Assembly: GCF_006345805.1 (NCBI RefSeq)
Contig: NC_042999.1
Span: 137,020,001-137,084,000, forward strand
Length of the DNA stretch: 64,000 nucleotides
DNA from: Octopus sinensis
Taxonomy: Eukaryota
Direction of reading: 5' to 3'
Under the pieces are notes generated by a model. It was not told the origin of the DNA, ran no database searches, and saw only the letters and a list, made by a program, of their open reading frames with translations. Shown here one piece after another: positions 12,134 to 24,100 of the stretch (the stretch's first letter is position 1; every line of letters starts with the position of its first letter). Position numbers and translations under genes: made by a program.

Positions 12134-13471
12134 CGAGAGAACGTAACTCACTCTATTAACTAAACATAACTTGTCAGAAATTAAATTTGCGCATGCCTAT
12201 AAGTGGTTCCGATAAGGTACTTATATGCCCCTATCCCGTATGACATGTAAGAATACTCAGTGACTTTTACTTCCGCGAAATAACAGGTTGTGTGACCGGT
12301 TAATATGTCAATAAGATATTGAGACCAGGTAAGTCGAAGATATAAATGTCACAGAACAGCTTGGTTGCTTCGTAAGTCCTACCATGCTGAATAATTCTTT
12401 AATGTTTACTGTGGTTCAGTTAATCCTGAATCATTCTCAGCTTTTACACATAATGACTTTTGGTTGTCTTTTTGATGAAATTAAAGATGATGCAGCAAGT
12501 GAAATGACGTGGGTAGTCCGCGGAAGTATAAGTGTTTGCATAGAGCACCGTCTAGCTAAAGGAGATAATCTACTTCTACTTATCGGAAAGCATTTAAAGG
12601 GAGCTAACTTTGACTTAATGAAGAAATTATTGGGTTGTAGTCAGCTCCCTTCGAATTGTATTTCTTTATTCAGTAATTCATCGCGAATTGATATTAGTAT
12701 AATCTCAATTAATTTAATATCATATTGCTCGCCACAATATCTGGTTAATTCTTTATCAAAGTTTATATATATACAACACAATTTCATTTTGACTATTTTC
12801 TTCCGTTTGTAACTTTCATTTCTGAATACTTTCATTTTCAACTGTCATATGACATCCGGCTTTCTAATCATTTGATTAGTAAATGCGACGAATCGTGATG
12901 TAATTTGCTAAAAATACAACAATGTCATGGTTATTTGAAATAAATAAATGATACCCGGCTTTCTGAGAAACATGATTCGGCACAAAATAAGTAACTGGGA
13001 AGATTTTCAACGTAATTTCCTGGAAATTAGGAATGTATAATAAGAAAATGTATGATTAACAGGTTAGGTTAATGTTAAACATTAACCAAAATTTCATTAA
13101 AAGATATCAGTGATCTTTCCTTCCAGAAAAATGAATACATTTTAACGTTTCTGGAAAATGAATATCTTTTAATGAAATTTTATACAAATACCTTTGAAAC
13201 AGTATAGATTACGATTATAAGGAAATTTGTTGGGATTTTCTTTTTCCAATATGGGGAGAGGAGTTTCAGATCAAAAACCCACAGAAGTTGAAATTTCTGT
13301 TTTGAAGGGGAAATTTCCAATTTTTTCCCCCACAGCTTTCGAAATGATGGGAGGAGGGATCATCATTTTCAAAAAAAAAATTTTTTGAAAATTTATGATT
13401 TTTTTTTTTTGTCTCTTAAATCTTTAAAAAATAGGCGCAGGTGTGGCTGTATGGTAAGAAGCTTGCTTCCC

Positions 13472-16087
13472 CATGCCTCGTAGATCTGCTTAAGCTCTTT
13501 CATCTAGCAGAGCATTACAGGCTTGACCACCTGAATGTCCCAGAGTGGCCCCGGAATAATGGCGACGGAAGGCTCAAGTCTTACTTAGACAGGATAGTGA
13601 TAAGAACTAGAGATAAGGATAATTTTAGCTGTCCACAGCTTGTCCAAGTAGCGTACACTGACCATAAAATGGTTAAGTGTAGATTGGACATAGATAATAC
13701 AGTTAAGAGAGGATCCTGCTACTGGAAGCTAAACAAGTCTGTTTTGACTTGCAAGGCATATCGTAGGCGGATTAAGGAACTAGCACAGAGGGCGTTAACT
13801 GGTGGTGGTTCGCCCTCAAGAGAACCATTCGTTTCGAGTCTGATAGGTTTAGCCACCAGCTAAGGATAGAAGAGAAGGGCAACTAGTTAAGTACTTAGAG
13901 GAGGCGTTGAGGTTGGGCTCTGCATCCTACATTTTGGCAGCGAGAACGGCCCTGAACCATCACCTCAAAGCCAAACATGAAGGGTGCAGAGTTCGGGCTA
14001 AAGTGCGCGCATTGGGCCGTGAGGGAATTAATGTTGCATTATCCCAGGCAGGTCGATCTACGACAATCTCCATCTTATACGCTACTCCTTAGAGAGGGTG
14101 AGGAAAGTTTCTGGCACGGTGGGGTGGGGGCACTGGTACATTTGGACCAGTCTAAAGCATTTCATAGGGTCGACCATCAGTACTTGGCAGCGGTCCTCAA
14201 AGAGGCCGGCCTGGACCCGACCTTCCATGGTTGGATTGCTGCGTTGTACAGTGACATCGAATCTGTCGTGAAAGTGAATGGTTTCTTTTCGAAGTCATTC
14301 AAGTCCGAGCGCTCAGTGCGTCAGGGGTGTCCCCTATCTTCGCTTTTGTATGTATTGGCTTTTGAGCTATTGCTGCGGAAGTTGGAGGCACTAGGGGGTG
14401 TGCCGCATGATCTATGGTGTGGAAGAGGAACTACGGCGTATGCGAATGACATCTCCATCATCATGGTGGATAAGGGCCAACTTCCATTGGTAGAAGAGGC
14501 TATCAAAAGTTATGAGGCAGTGGCAGGAGCAAAGATTAACAAGGACAAGTCAGTCGGTTGCAACTCAGTACCTGGAGGGGCAAGCCGATGGCGTCCAATA
14601 ATGTCATGGGTCATTTGGACGGAAGGTTCTGTTAAGCTGCTCAGAGTCTGGGTTGGTCCAGACCTCTAGATAGAGAAAAATTAGAGTGAGGTGACCAGCT
14701 CTAACCCAGACCTGGTCTGGGAGGGCAGAGGTGGTGCAAATGTTCATAGCATCAGTAATTACCTACTATCTGACCGTGGTGCTTTGCCCCGATTTATGAC
14801 TGAACAAGATGGAGAGAATCCTTTTCTGCTTTTTGTGGAAGGGAGGAAAGCCATTTGTGAAGCACTCTGCTGCCAGAAACCGCTAAAGGTGGGCTAGGGA
14901 TGCCTTGGCTGAAGATGCGAAAATTCGCGTTATGGTTGAGGCACCTCTGGCTTTACCTGGATGGAGAGCAGGTGTGGTCACCACATGTCTGGTTCTATCT
15001 TCTGCAGTTAACGTCCTTAATGGACATTGGTACAGGGATCAAGCAGAGACCTAGCCTGGGAGACTAGCAGCTGCTCTATCGAGCGGGCAGTGCCAGCAAC
15101 AGGAGTTCCACCACGGATCTTTATAGCGGGTTAGTGGAGTTTATGTTCGAAGACACCTTGGGGGAGACCCTGGGCTACAAGGAAAATCAGTTGATCGACC
15201 TACTCAGAAGAGCTTTCGGCTAGAAATCCCTGGCTTGGCAGTGCTTCCGTGCAGCATTACCTGTTCATGATAAACTGTCAAGGCACGAAAGTGCCATCTC
15301 GCTGACATGTCCGAAGTGTGGGCAGGACAGGGAAACTGTCTTGCACGCATTCATAGAACAACTGTTGTCATCGATGGGAAGTGTACAGCTATCAGCTGAG
15401 TCTATCATCGAGATTGTGCCCCCTCCTTCCCTTAACAGAGAGAGGAAGGCTTACTTTTTCTGCGTAGTAGCCATACTGAAAGAAAGAGTATGGAAGACGC
15501 ATGTGAAAGGAATAGTGACAGGTACCTTTGTATCTGGCCATGGATTGGTTAACTTTTTTAATTACCACCTCAGTAGTAAGATCTGGTTGGAGAAGAGGTA
15601 CCAGTCATGAGAAAGATTCGATAAAAGATGGAAGTTTGTGGCAAGAAAGCTAGGTAAGTGGAGCCCCGGAAGAAAAGCAAAGGTTCTACCCTGATGGCAG
15701 GATGCCTTTCTTGTTGCAGTGTGTATCAAGATTTTTGATAAATTCATCATTCGATAAAATGAACTTTTTAATCGTCACAGCTTCTTTACTCCTTTATGTT
15801 TGTCCCATCCTTGTAATACCTATTTCTTTACTACCCACAAGGGGCTAAACACAGAGAGGACAAACAAGGACATACAAACGGATCAAGTCGTTTATATCGA
15901 CCCCAGTGCGTAATTGGTATTTATTTAATCGACCCCGAAAGGATGAAAGGCAAAGTCGACCCCGGTGGAATTTGAACTCAGAACTTAACAGCGGATGAAA
16001 CACCATAAAGCATTTCACCCGGCGTGCTAACGTTTCTGCCAGCTCGCCCATCCTTGTAATACCTGTATGGCAAATTTTAATGAAATA
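13472..16087 (+). mobile_element. Tx1/L1-clade LINE, 5'-truncated, degenerate, inserted in a SINE head
   Basis: Endonuclease end YLDRI...YTDHK...YWKLN, then IPGRSIYDNL, LDQSKAFHRVDH, VRQGCPLS, YAND (decayed YADD) and a CCHC-like C-terminus (CPKC...ETVLH). 16-bp TSD aagaag(c/t)ttgcttccc at 13456-13471 / 16088-16103. Confidence 0.88.
15822..16048 (-). mobile_element. tRNA-derived SINE (ggcgagctggcagaaacg family) nested in the Tx1 3' UTR
   Basis: Same head as the copy at 8455-8564. TSD (cc)catccttgtaatacct at 15804-15821 / 16047-16064. Confidence 0.82.
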
Positions 16088-16704
16088 AAGAAGTTTGCTT
16101 CCCAACCATATGGTTCTGGATTCAGTCCTTGCGCTTGGCTCCTTTGGGCAAATGCCTTCTACTATACCCTCAAGCCAACCAAAGCCTTGTTAGTGGATTT
16201 GCTAAACAGAAACTGAACAAAGCACATTATGTATGTATATATATCTGCGTCTATTTGACCCCACCACCTCTTGACAACTACTGTTAGTGTATTTACGTCC
16301 CTGTAACTTAGCAGTTTGGCAAAAGACACCAATAGAATAAGTACCAGGCTTTAAAAAGAAAATAATAAGTCCTGGGGTTGATCCATTCAACTAAAAGTTC
16401 CTCAAAGCAGTGCCCACGAAAAATTTTTTAAACTTTATTTTTCATAATCACATAAATTCCCGTGTGTAGAACAAATATGCAAACATTTTCTGAAAACTCC
16501 CAAAAATAGAAATGTGTAGGGTAGGATTCGTGGCAGACAAACTGGAGACAAATACTTCGCTGGTGGCTAGCTAGGAAGTTGGTCAACAGGAAAGAAAAAT
16601 GACTTCCGGGTGGAGAACAAAACAAGAATGTCAGCAGAGTGCGTGAAACGAATCTGAAGGAACTATACAAAACTAACTGATGATATAAGCCCTATTGTAC
16701 CTCG

Positions 16705-17113
16705 GGATCTTTTCGCTTTGAACGGCAGTTTTTTCTAGCGGTGTCATATGAAATTGTCACTCATAATTATGACCTTAGTATCGATCTATTGCATTTCAAT
16801 CTGTGTTAGGGTTAGGGGAAAGGGTATCTTTTTTTCTTCACAAATGTAAATAAACCCAATCTGTTTCTTAAACGAGGGACATATTCATACAGCACAGAAT
16901 GTTTTTTTACCTCAATAGACGTCATTGATTGGTTGAAATTGCAGAAATTGAAGGAAAAAAACAACAAATATCTTACAAACTATAGAACTTTCTCAATAAA
17001 GCCAAGAGAAAAAGATGTTTGATAAAAAAACATTCTACCAGTATACAAAGTTTAAAAGTGTTTACTTACGTGGAGATTATTTTAAAAAACTGCAGTTCAA
17101 ACCGAAAAGATCT
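16705..17113. mobile_element. MITE with 8-bp TSD, likely Merlin superfamily
   Basis: TIRs ggatcttttcgctttgaacggcagttttt / aaaaactgcagttcaaaccgaaaagatct. Perfect TSD gtacctcg (16697-16704, 17114-17121). GG-initiated TIRs with an 8-bp TSD fit Merlin. An internal ttagggttagggg is present. Confidence 0.8.
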
Positions 17114-17539
17114 GTACCTCGACAAAATCAAAACATTCGACTTTGGGTATTTCCATGCCAAATAGCAGTTACCGAAATGGGAGGAGAAGAAACCTAATGA
17201 GTTGTGTATGTGCTTATTTTTGTCTGTGTGCGTGCCTGTTCTGTTATGTATTTATGGGTCATGGAATATAGATATAACGAAATTATGCCAGCAATGTCTC
17301 ATTTTAAACTTGCAGAAAAAAGCCTTGCATATTTGTTCTTACCTGCTTCATGTATGTATATAAAATCCACAAATTTCCAAGCAGAAAACAGAATCGAAGT
17401 TTATGCATAGCAAATATCAGAAAACGAGAACACCATATCAATTATACTAGTTCATGTTTTGTTTTTTGTTTTTAACCACTAAAGAGAAGAAAAAGAGGGA
17501 CTATATTTTATGTTATGAATTTCATAACAAACATTCTTG

Positions 17540-18884
17540 AAGTTTAAATTATACAGTATAATACTGCCTAACGCATTTTATGAAATTCATAAAAGCATTG
17601 TATCGTCACCAACTAAACTCAGATATGTTGAAAATAACGCATCTGATGTGCCATGCATATTACGATATTTCAACTTTACGTGGCTCCACAACCCACCCCT
17701 ACTGTGTTTGTGTGGAATGTAGGGTCGTTAGGGGGGTCTACAAAATGAGCACTGTGGTTCACTTGCAAAGCATTATATGCCTTCAGGTAATTGGTTATAA
17801 TCTTCATCCCTGGCAGCACATGGTCATTGATTATTGGCAGCAGTGTCACTGCACTTCGGTCCAGGACAGGAACACACATCTTAGCGTCCCACCATTCCAA
17901 GAACCCAGTTGCCCAGCTTATAATGACCTCTGTGATATTTGCGATGTATAGACTTTGATTCATCTATCTTGACGACATCCTGCCCACCAAGTTGGACAGG
18001 ATTATCAATGCACCACGTGGCACAAATGTCCCGAAAGTAGTTATACCAATTGACTATTGCTTCCCATCCGATCCCAACTTCTCTTGGAACTAGACTGCTT
18101 ACTATCCATTTCAGCCCAGTAATAGATTAAAACTAGGAGCCATGCCAGTGATATTTTTTTTTTTTTTTTTTTTTTGTACTTGTTTCAGTCATTTGACTGC
18201 GGCCATGCTGGAGCACCGCCTTTAGAGTGGTGAAAGAGTACAGCAGGGATCACCACCTCCTGCCGGAGCCTCGTGGAGCTTTTAGGTGTTTTTTTCGCTC
18301 AATAAACACACACAACGCCCGGTCTGGGAATCGAAACCGCGATCCTCCGACCGCAAGTCCGCTGCCCTAACCACTAGGCCATTGCGCCTATGCAGGAATC
18401 CACAAAAAAAGTCTTTTCTCAAACTTCAATGGTGCCTACAAGTTCGACATCTCCACATTACGCCTTCAGAAGTTTTTCTTTGGTGTAAGGGTCATCAGGT
18501 TATCGCAATACTCAGCCAAATTTTTTATTAGCCCCACAGAGTCAAGGAATTTGAACTGTTCGACATACCCTAAACCTCTCTGAGAATATATTTTTCGCAT
18601 TAAGTTATCAATGGGTATTACGGAATCCACTATGTGGTATTGATTGTTCATCTTGAAATGCAATAGACATGTAGGGGCTCTTCCTAGAATTTAAAAAGGA
18701 AGAAAGGCTGAAAACTACTGTTTATATACACAGAGGGTGACTCAAACAGCATATACTTTTTTTTCCCCATGTTGGTAAGTTGAAACTGACCAATAAAAGT
18801 GACTTGATGCAAAAGAAAAGAACTTGGTCACCAGACAATAACTATTGTCTTGGTTAGTTCCGGTGACCAAGTTCTTATTGGTCC
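17540..18884 (-). mobile_element. Merlin (IS1016/ISXO2-like) DNA transposon relic, SINE-interrupted
   Basis: Frame-broken motifs WYNYFRDIC, GGQDVVKIDESKSIHRKYHRG, VLDRSAVTLLPII, VNHSAHFVDP, HTNT and LWSHVK. Candidate GG-initiated 5' end GGACCAATAAGAACTTGGTCACC at 18884. Confidence 0.85.
18155..18389 (-). mobile_element. tRNA-derived SINE with poly(A) tail, inserted in the Merlin relic
   Basis: A box TGGCCTAGTGG and B box GGTTTCGATTCC. The empty site ccagtgatatgcagg is seen in the Merlin copy near 50520. Confidence 0.85.
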
Positions 18885-18959
18885 CCCCCGCGTTGGGAAG
18901 TTTCAACTTTTTCTCTTACAATATTTAGTCATACATGCCCAGTGAAGTATGCTGGCTTC

Positions 18960-19180
18960 ATTTCTTTCAAGCTCATGTTTTGCTGCCATGTAGTATAGCT
19001 GTCTGTACACAGGCATCATACAATCTACATTTTGAGAGAGGCTCTTTGTTACCAACAAAGGCAGTAGCTCTGAACTTTACCCAGCCCATCCTTATTCTAA
19101 CAAGTTTAAAAACAAAGAAACGGTCATAGGTCTCTCTGAGGTAATATTTGTACATTTCAACAAGACATTCTCATGACATA
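18960..19180 (-). mobile_element. RTE LINE C-terminal fragment
   Basis: RIRMGWVKFR...RLYDACVQTAILHGSKT. Confidence 0.7.
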
Positions 19181-21163
19181 TTTCTTTTGAGTTGACAAAC
19201 TGTCACCATAACTGTCATAGTCTTTCCCATGCTAAAAAAAAAAAAAATTTTGACAATTTAAATTTGCTGAATGACCCCACTCCCCATATTTGGCAAACCA
19301 AATGTTATACATATCTCAAGTACAATTTAATACTGATTTTGGTTCCTCAAAAATTAGTAATATTTTTTAATGAAATATTGCAGCAACACATTTTCAGGCA
19401 AAACAACAATCTATCACCCCCATCCACTGTGATTTAACTTCCTTAATAATGCAACAATTTTTAGAGAGTACAGAATTAGTCGATTAGGCACAGGTGTGGA
19501 TGTGTGGTAAGAAGTTTGCTTCCCAACCATATGGTTCTGGGTTCACTGGCTGCATGGCACTTTCGGCAAGTGTCTTCTACTGTAGCCTCAGGCCAAACAA
19601 AGCCTTGTGAACGGATTAGGTAGACAGAAACTGGAAGAAGCCCATCATATATATTGTGTGTGTACATAATTTATATAAAATATTGGTTGATTAATTCAAT
19701 TAAAAAAAATTCAAGGTAGTGCCCCAGCATGGCCTGAAACAAGAATAGATTTAACATAAAAAAAAAAAAAATTCTGCTGTGAAAGCTTGTCATGTTTCAC
19801 CAGTTTAAATAACATCCAGAAATCAAGACTCGTCTCCAAAACACTAAAATCTACATCTTCAGTTCAAATGTGAAGTAAGTCCATCATTGTATGGAACTTT
19901 TCTTCAACAATAGAAATAAACCCAATTAGTTGTCAATATAGAAATCAGAGAAAGAAAGTGGCACTGGACACAATCTCAGTACAGGCAGTTGCTCAGAAGA
20001 AACCTGCAGAGAAAAAGGAAGAGAGGAATGCTAAGGAACTGTATATACTGATGGATATAGCCCCCCCCCCCCCCCTGTACGTTTGTCTGAAAATACTGTC
20101 CAACAGTCAGCAAGAACCAATGGCTGAAATGTTTATCAGTCATACATAGAAGTATCACTAAACTCAAGTCAAAAGTCTGTTTTAGAGAATGATCAACACA
20201 CTTCTTTGTATAACTGAACACACGTGGACATGCCTACAAAGTCAGAAAACAACACAGCTCCCATGACTTTCGGAAACATTTTTTCACGCTCAGAGTTGCT
20301 GAAGCATGGAATAAACTGCCTGCGTCAGTTGTTGACTGCCATGACACTGCATCCTTTAAGGCCCTCATGCTTTCCGAAATCCGCCGAAACTACACCTGAT
20401 TATATATACACGTTAGATGAGTTGTAGTGCACCTGAGCACTGTGCACAATTATTTTTATTATTATTATTATTTTAAAAACAATTTAGATTCTGTTTATGC
20501 ATAACAATTAGAAGCAGTATTATCAAACTTGCCTTGTTGGGAATTTCAAGCAGCTAACCATTCTAGATAAACTGCATACTAATGCAGGGAGAGAAAAATA
20601 AATATTTTTTTCCTCTTTTATATTAATGACCTATTTGCTGTTACCTCTAACAAATTTCATTCTTTTGCAAAGTATACCACTTTTCACTCCAACACACTAG
20701 CACCATCAATTCCATTCCAACCCATATTTTTGTTATAGGCATCTAACTTGAAGCTATTCAAGCTACATATAACTACATCAATCTGACTAGGTACATAAAG
20801 CCTATGTAGATTATGTGCATAAGCCACTTAACTAAAAACCTTAAAACAAAAACATCACATGCTTGACTAAGCACCCACATCTAAATATGCTATCAATAAA
20901 CAAATGGGCAAAAGTGGCTGGCCTCACTGCTCATTACCAAACTCATTTATAACAATAAACTTTGAATACAACGTAATATTTTGAAAAATAAACTAAATTC
21001 CAAATCAAAATGTTCACTTACAAAGTGAAGACATTTTGGCATATCTGAGAGAGAAAGTGGGGTAGGGAAGGAGACATCTTTTCCCACATTAAAAACAAGC
21101 ATTTCACTTTGTTAAAAAGACAACACTCAGAAAAACTTGAATTAGAAATATTGCATAAAAAAT

Positions 21164-24100
21164 TTATTTGTCAGCTGACGCTTTTGAAACAGCAAATGGT
21201 TCATCTACTGGAAGTGATCCACAATCTGCAATGATAACTGGAACTACAGGTCGATTTTGTTCACCAGTCTTAGTATTTTCAATTTCACGAACCACTTTCT
21301 GCAATTAAAAGACAAATTAATTAAAATGTTGTAAAACAATATTAGAGACTTGGTAACGAAAATCTGCTTCTGATATTATCATTAAAACTGGAGAAGTGAG
21401 CCTCTGATTTTCATACTTCTATCATAAAGCAAGAACAGCACGGTAATCTTCGTAGGCTTTCTCACATAGGTGACTCAGAATAATCAAAAGGTGTTGTTTG
21501 TTTAACTCTTTAGCATTTAAACCAGCTATATCTGGCCCAAACTGGCCAGATTTGGCCTCTCACATCTACTGAACAATGTCATATTAGAATTACGCAATCA
21601 CATCATCAAAATTTCAAAGCTGTGAAATAATGCATGATTAATTCAAAGCAATGTAAGTAAATAAACATTACATTTGGTGGAATAGTTTGAATGCTAAAAG
21701 GTCAAATAGACATTAGCAAGAATTTAGTGTAACACCAGCTATAATATAATGTTAAAAAATACAAAAATAACTTGCAAAAAGATTTACCTAGAAATTATAA
21801 GACAACAGGTGCAAGAAAAACATTTCTGACAAGCACTACTGCTCATAAAGCTTATTGAAAAATGAAGTAAAGAAAATAGGACATCAATGGTATCTTACCA
21901 TCCCTTCAAGGACTTTACCAAAAACAACATGGCGTCCATCAAGCCACTCAGTTATCTTAGTGGTAATGAAGAACTGTGAACCATTTGTATCTTTGCCAGC
22001 ATTTGCCATCGACAGCCAGCCAGCTCCATAGTGCTTTAGCTTGAAGTTTTCATCAGAGAATTTCTCACCATATATACTGACACCTAAGTGGAATCAATGA
22101 AAATAGATATTATATAAAGGTAGTAAATCAGAAATAGCAACAATCTAAAAAGAAGGGTGATAGGATAGTGGTGGTTATGGTAAAATAGTGAATCCAGAAT
22201 AAATTATCCAATTAGAAAAAGATCAAAAATTGATTAACCATTTTCCCTTTAGCAGTTTTGGCATCAAGGCAGGTTGCATTTAAAAATTCAAATATTTACA
22301 TGAAAGACATAGCCGTTTTAAATCACGATTTTTAGTGTCTTTATTATTAGATTTCTGGCAAAGTATACTGAGGTTTCCTTATCAAAGGATGTGTATTTGG
22401 CTTTTAATTGGATTCAAAAAGGTAAGGCAGTGGTCATGACTTTTACAGGCCTCAACTGACTGGTGACATTGATTCTAAGAAGGACTAAGCAAAGTATTTG
22501 GCAAGTATTGAGACAGTAGAGATGACAAGAAGAGAGAACAAAAGCTTGCTAGTTCAGAGGAATAGAAGCCATTATAGTAACAGGAGAGGAGATTTCAGTT
22601 ACTAGCTCACAGAATGCCTATGAGCATTTGTCAATCAACTGAAAAGGTTTAGAATGTTTACGTAAATTGTAACAGCAGCAATGTCCTGTACAGATAAGGG
22701 GTGTTTTAATGTTGGTCACACTTGAGCTTTGTAGAAGATCAGCACAAAACAGGGATGCTGTCACAGTGTAATCTGCTACTCTTTTGATAGAAGTATTAAC
22801 ATTCATTTTGACATTAATACAAAAGCCTACGCTTTTAGGGATAGAAAAACAAGGAGGTATTTAAATTCTATATTTTATTGAGAGACATTAGCCTTGCAAA
22901 TGAAATTGGCAGTCTCATCATATCCTTTCAGTGTAGTCATTTGTACAATACATCTGATTCCTCTTATATTCCATTTTTCTTTTAGATTATTTCCACATAC
23001 ATCAGAACAGACTTGCCTCCATTTCTTTCCATCCTTAATACATTTTCTGCATTCAATGTCCATTTTTTACTACCATGTAATATCGAGAATCATACAATTT
23101 ACCATTCACTTGTAGAAAGAATCCCTTTCTTGCCAAATCTTTTCCACTTTACTTATTCTGGATAGTTTGCTTTTAGAAAAGACCCCATCGCTACTGATTT
23201 GGCCACTTAGGAAACAAGCTGTCGACTATATTTTGGGAACCTGACTGTCTTTATAAACCAACTTATGATGTTGTGAACCTGTAGTTTATATGGGGTACAC
23301 AGTACAGAATTCCTTCTTACTCCTACTGAGTGTGGCCACCTCCCAGATTCTAGAGTCAAGTCTTCCATCTGCAATTTTTGTCATTGCTCTCAAGCCACTC
23401 AGTTCTAAACCTCCCCTCCACATATGGAATTTCTCTCATTCTTACATAGATTCAGCTAGAAGATCTAAGTAAGTCATCAGTATATGGAAGTTTCCACAAT
23501 CAGCCAGTCTTAAGCTCCTCTGCTGTTGTCTGTAAAACTATAATAGACAAGAGTGTGCTGAGAGCTAAGGCCTTTTAACATACAGCTGAACTCTAAATTC
23601 CTTCCTGAATTCATGTTAATACTCACCTTGTGTACATCATGTCTGTACATGGTTAGAATGGTTCTCAAAAGCAATTCATCTCTTAGCTTCCTTTATGATA
23701 CAAGAACAAAGAGTACCCTATGGAAAGCCTTATCCACTTCAGGGAATGGTAGCACTGGTGCTCCATCCTAGTACAAACTCAATATCTTAATTCATTGCAT
23801 TTTAACTAAATAGGATGTTCTATTTCACCAGATAATTTTCTTTCCATTGTATAGCCATCAACTGCAGTTGCTGATTGATCCCTATGGAAAGTCTAATTGG
23901 GCTCTCTTCTTTGCACTCTTCATTTCATAACATCCCTCAGTAGCATTAGCATTTTCATGCCTCTTTTTGACATCAGTGAACACCAGTATGCTGCTGTTAC
24001 TACACAACTTCACTCCAAAGGCATCCTGATTTATACCAATATACTGCTTAGCAATCCAAAACACATCATGCCTCAGATCATTACAGAACATCAGCAAACT

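Noticed and set aside
12384-12841. Overlapping ORFs upstream of the helicase as extra exons or a divergent gene
   Set aside because: No motifs recognised and no phase-compatible splice link to exon 1 found.
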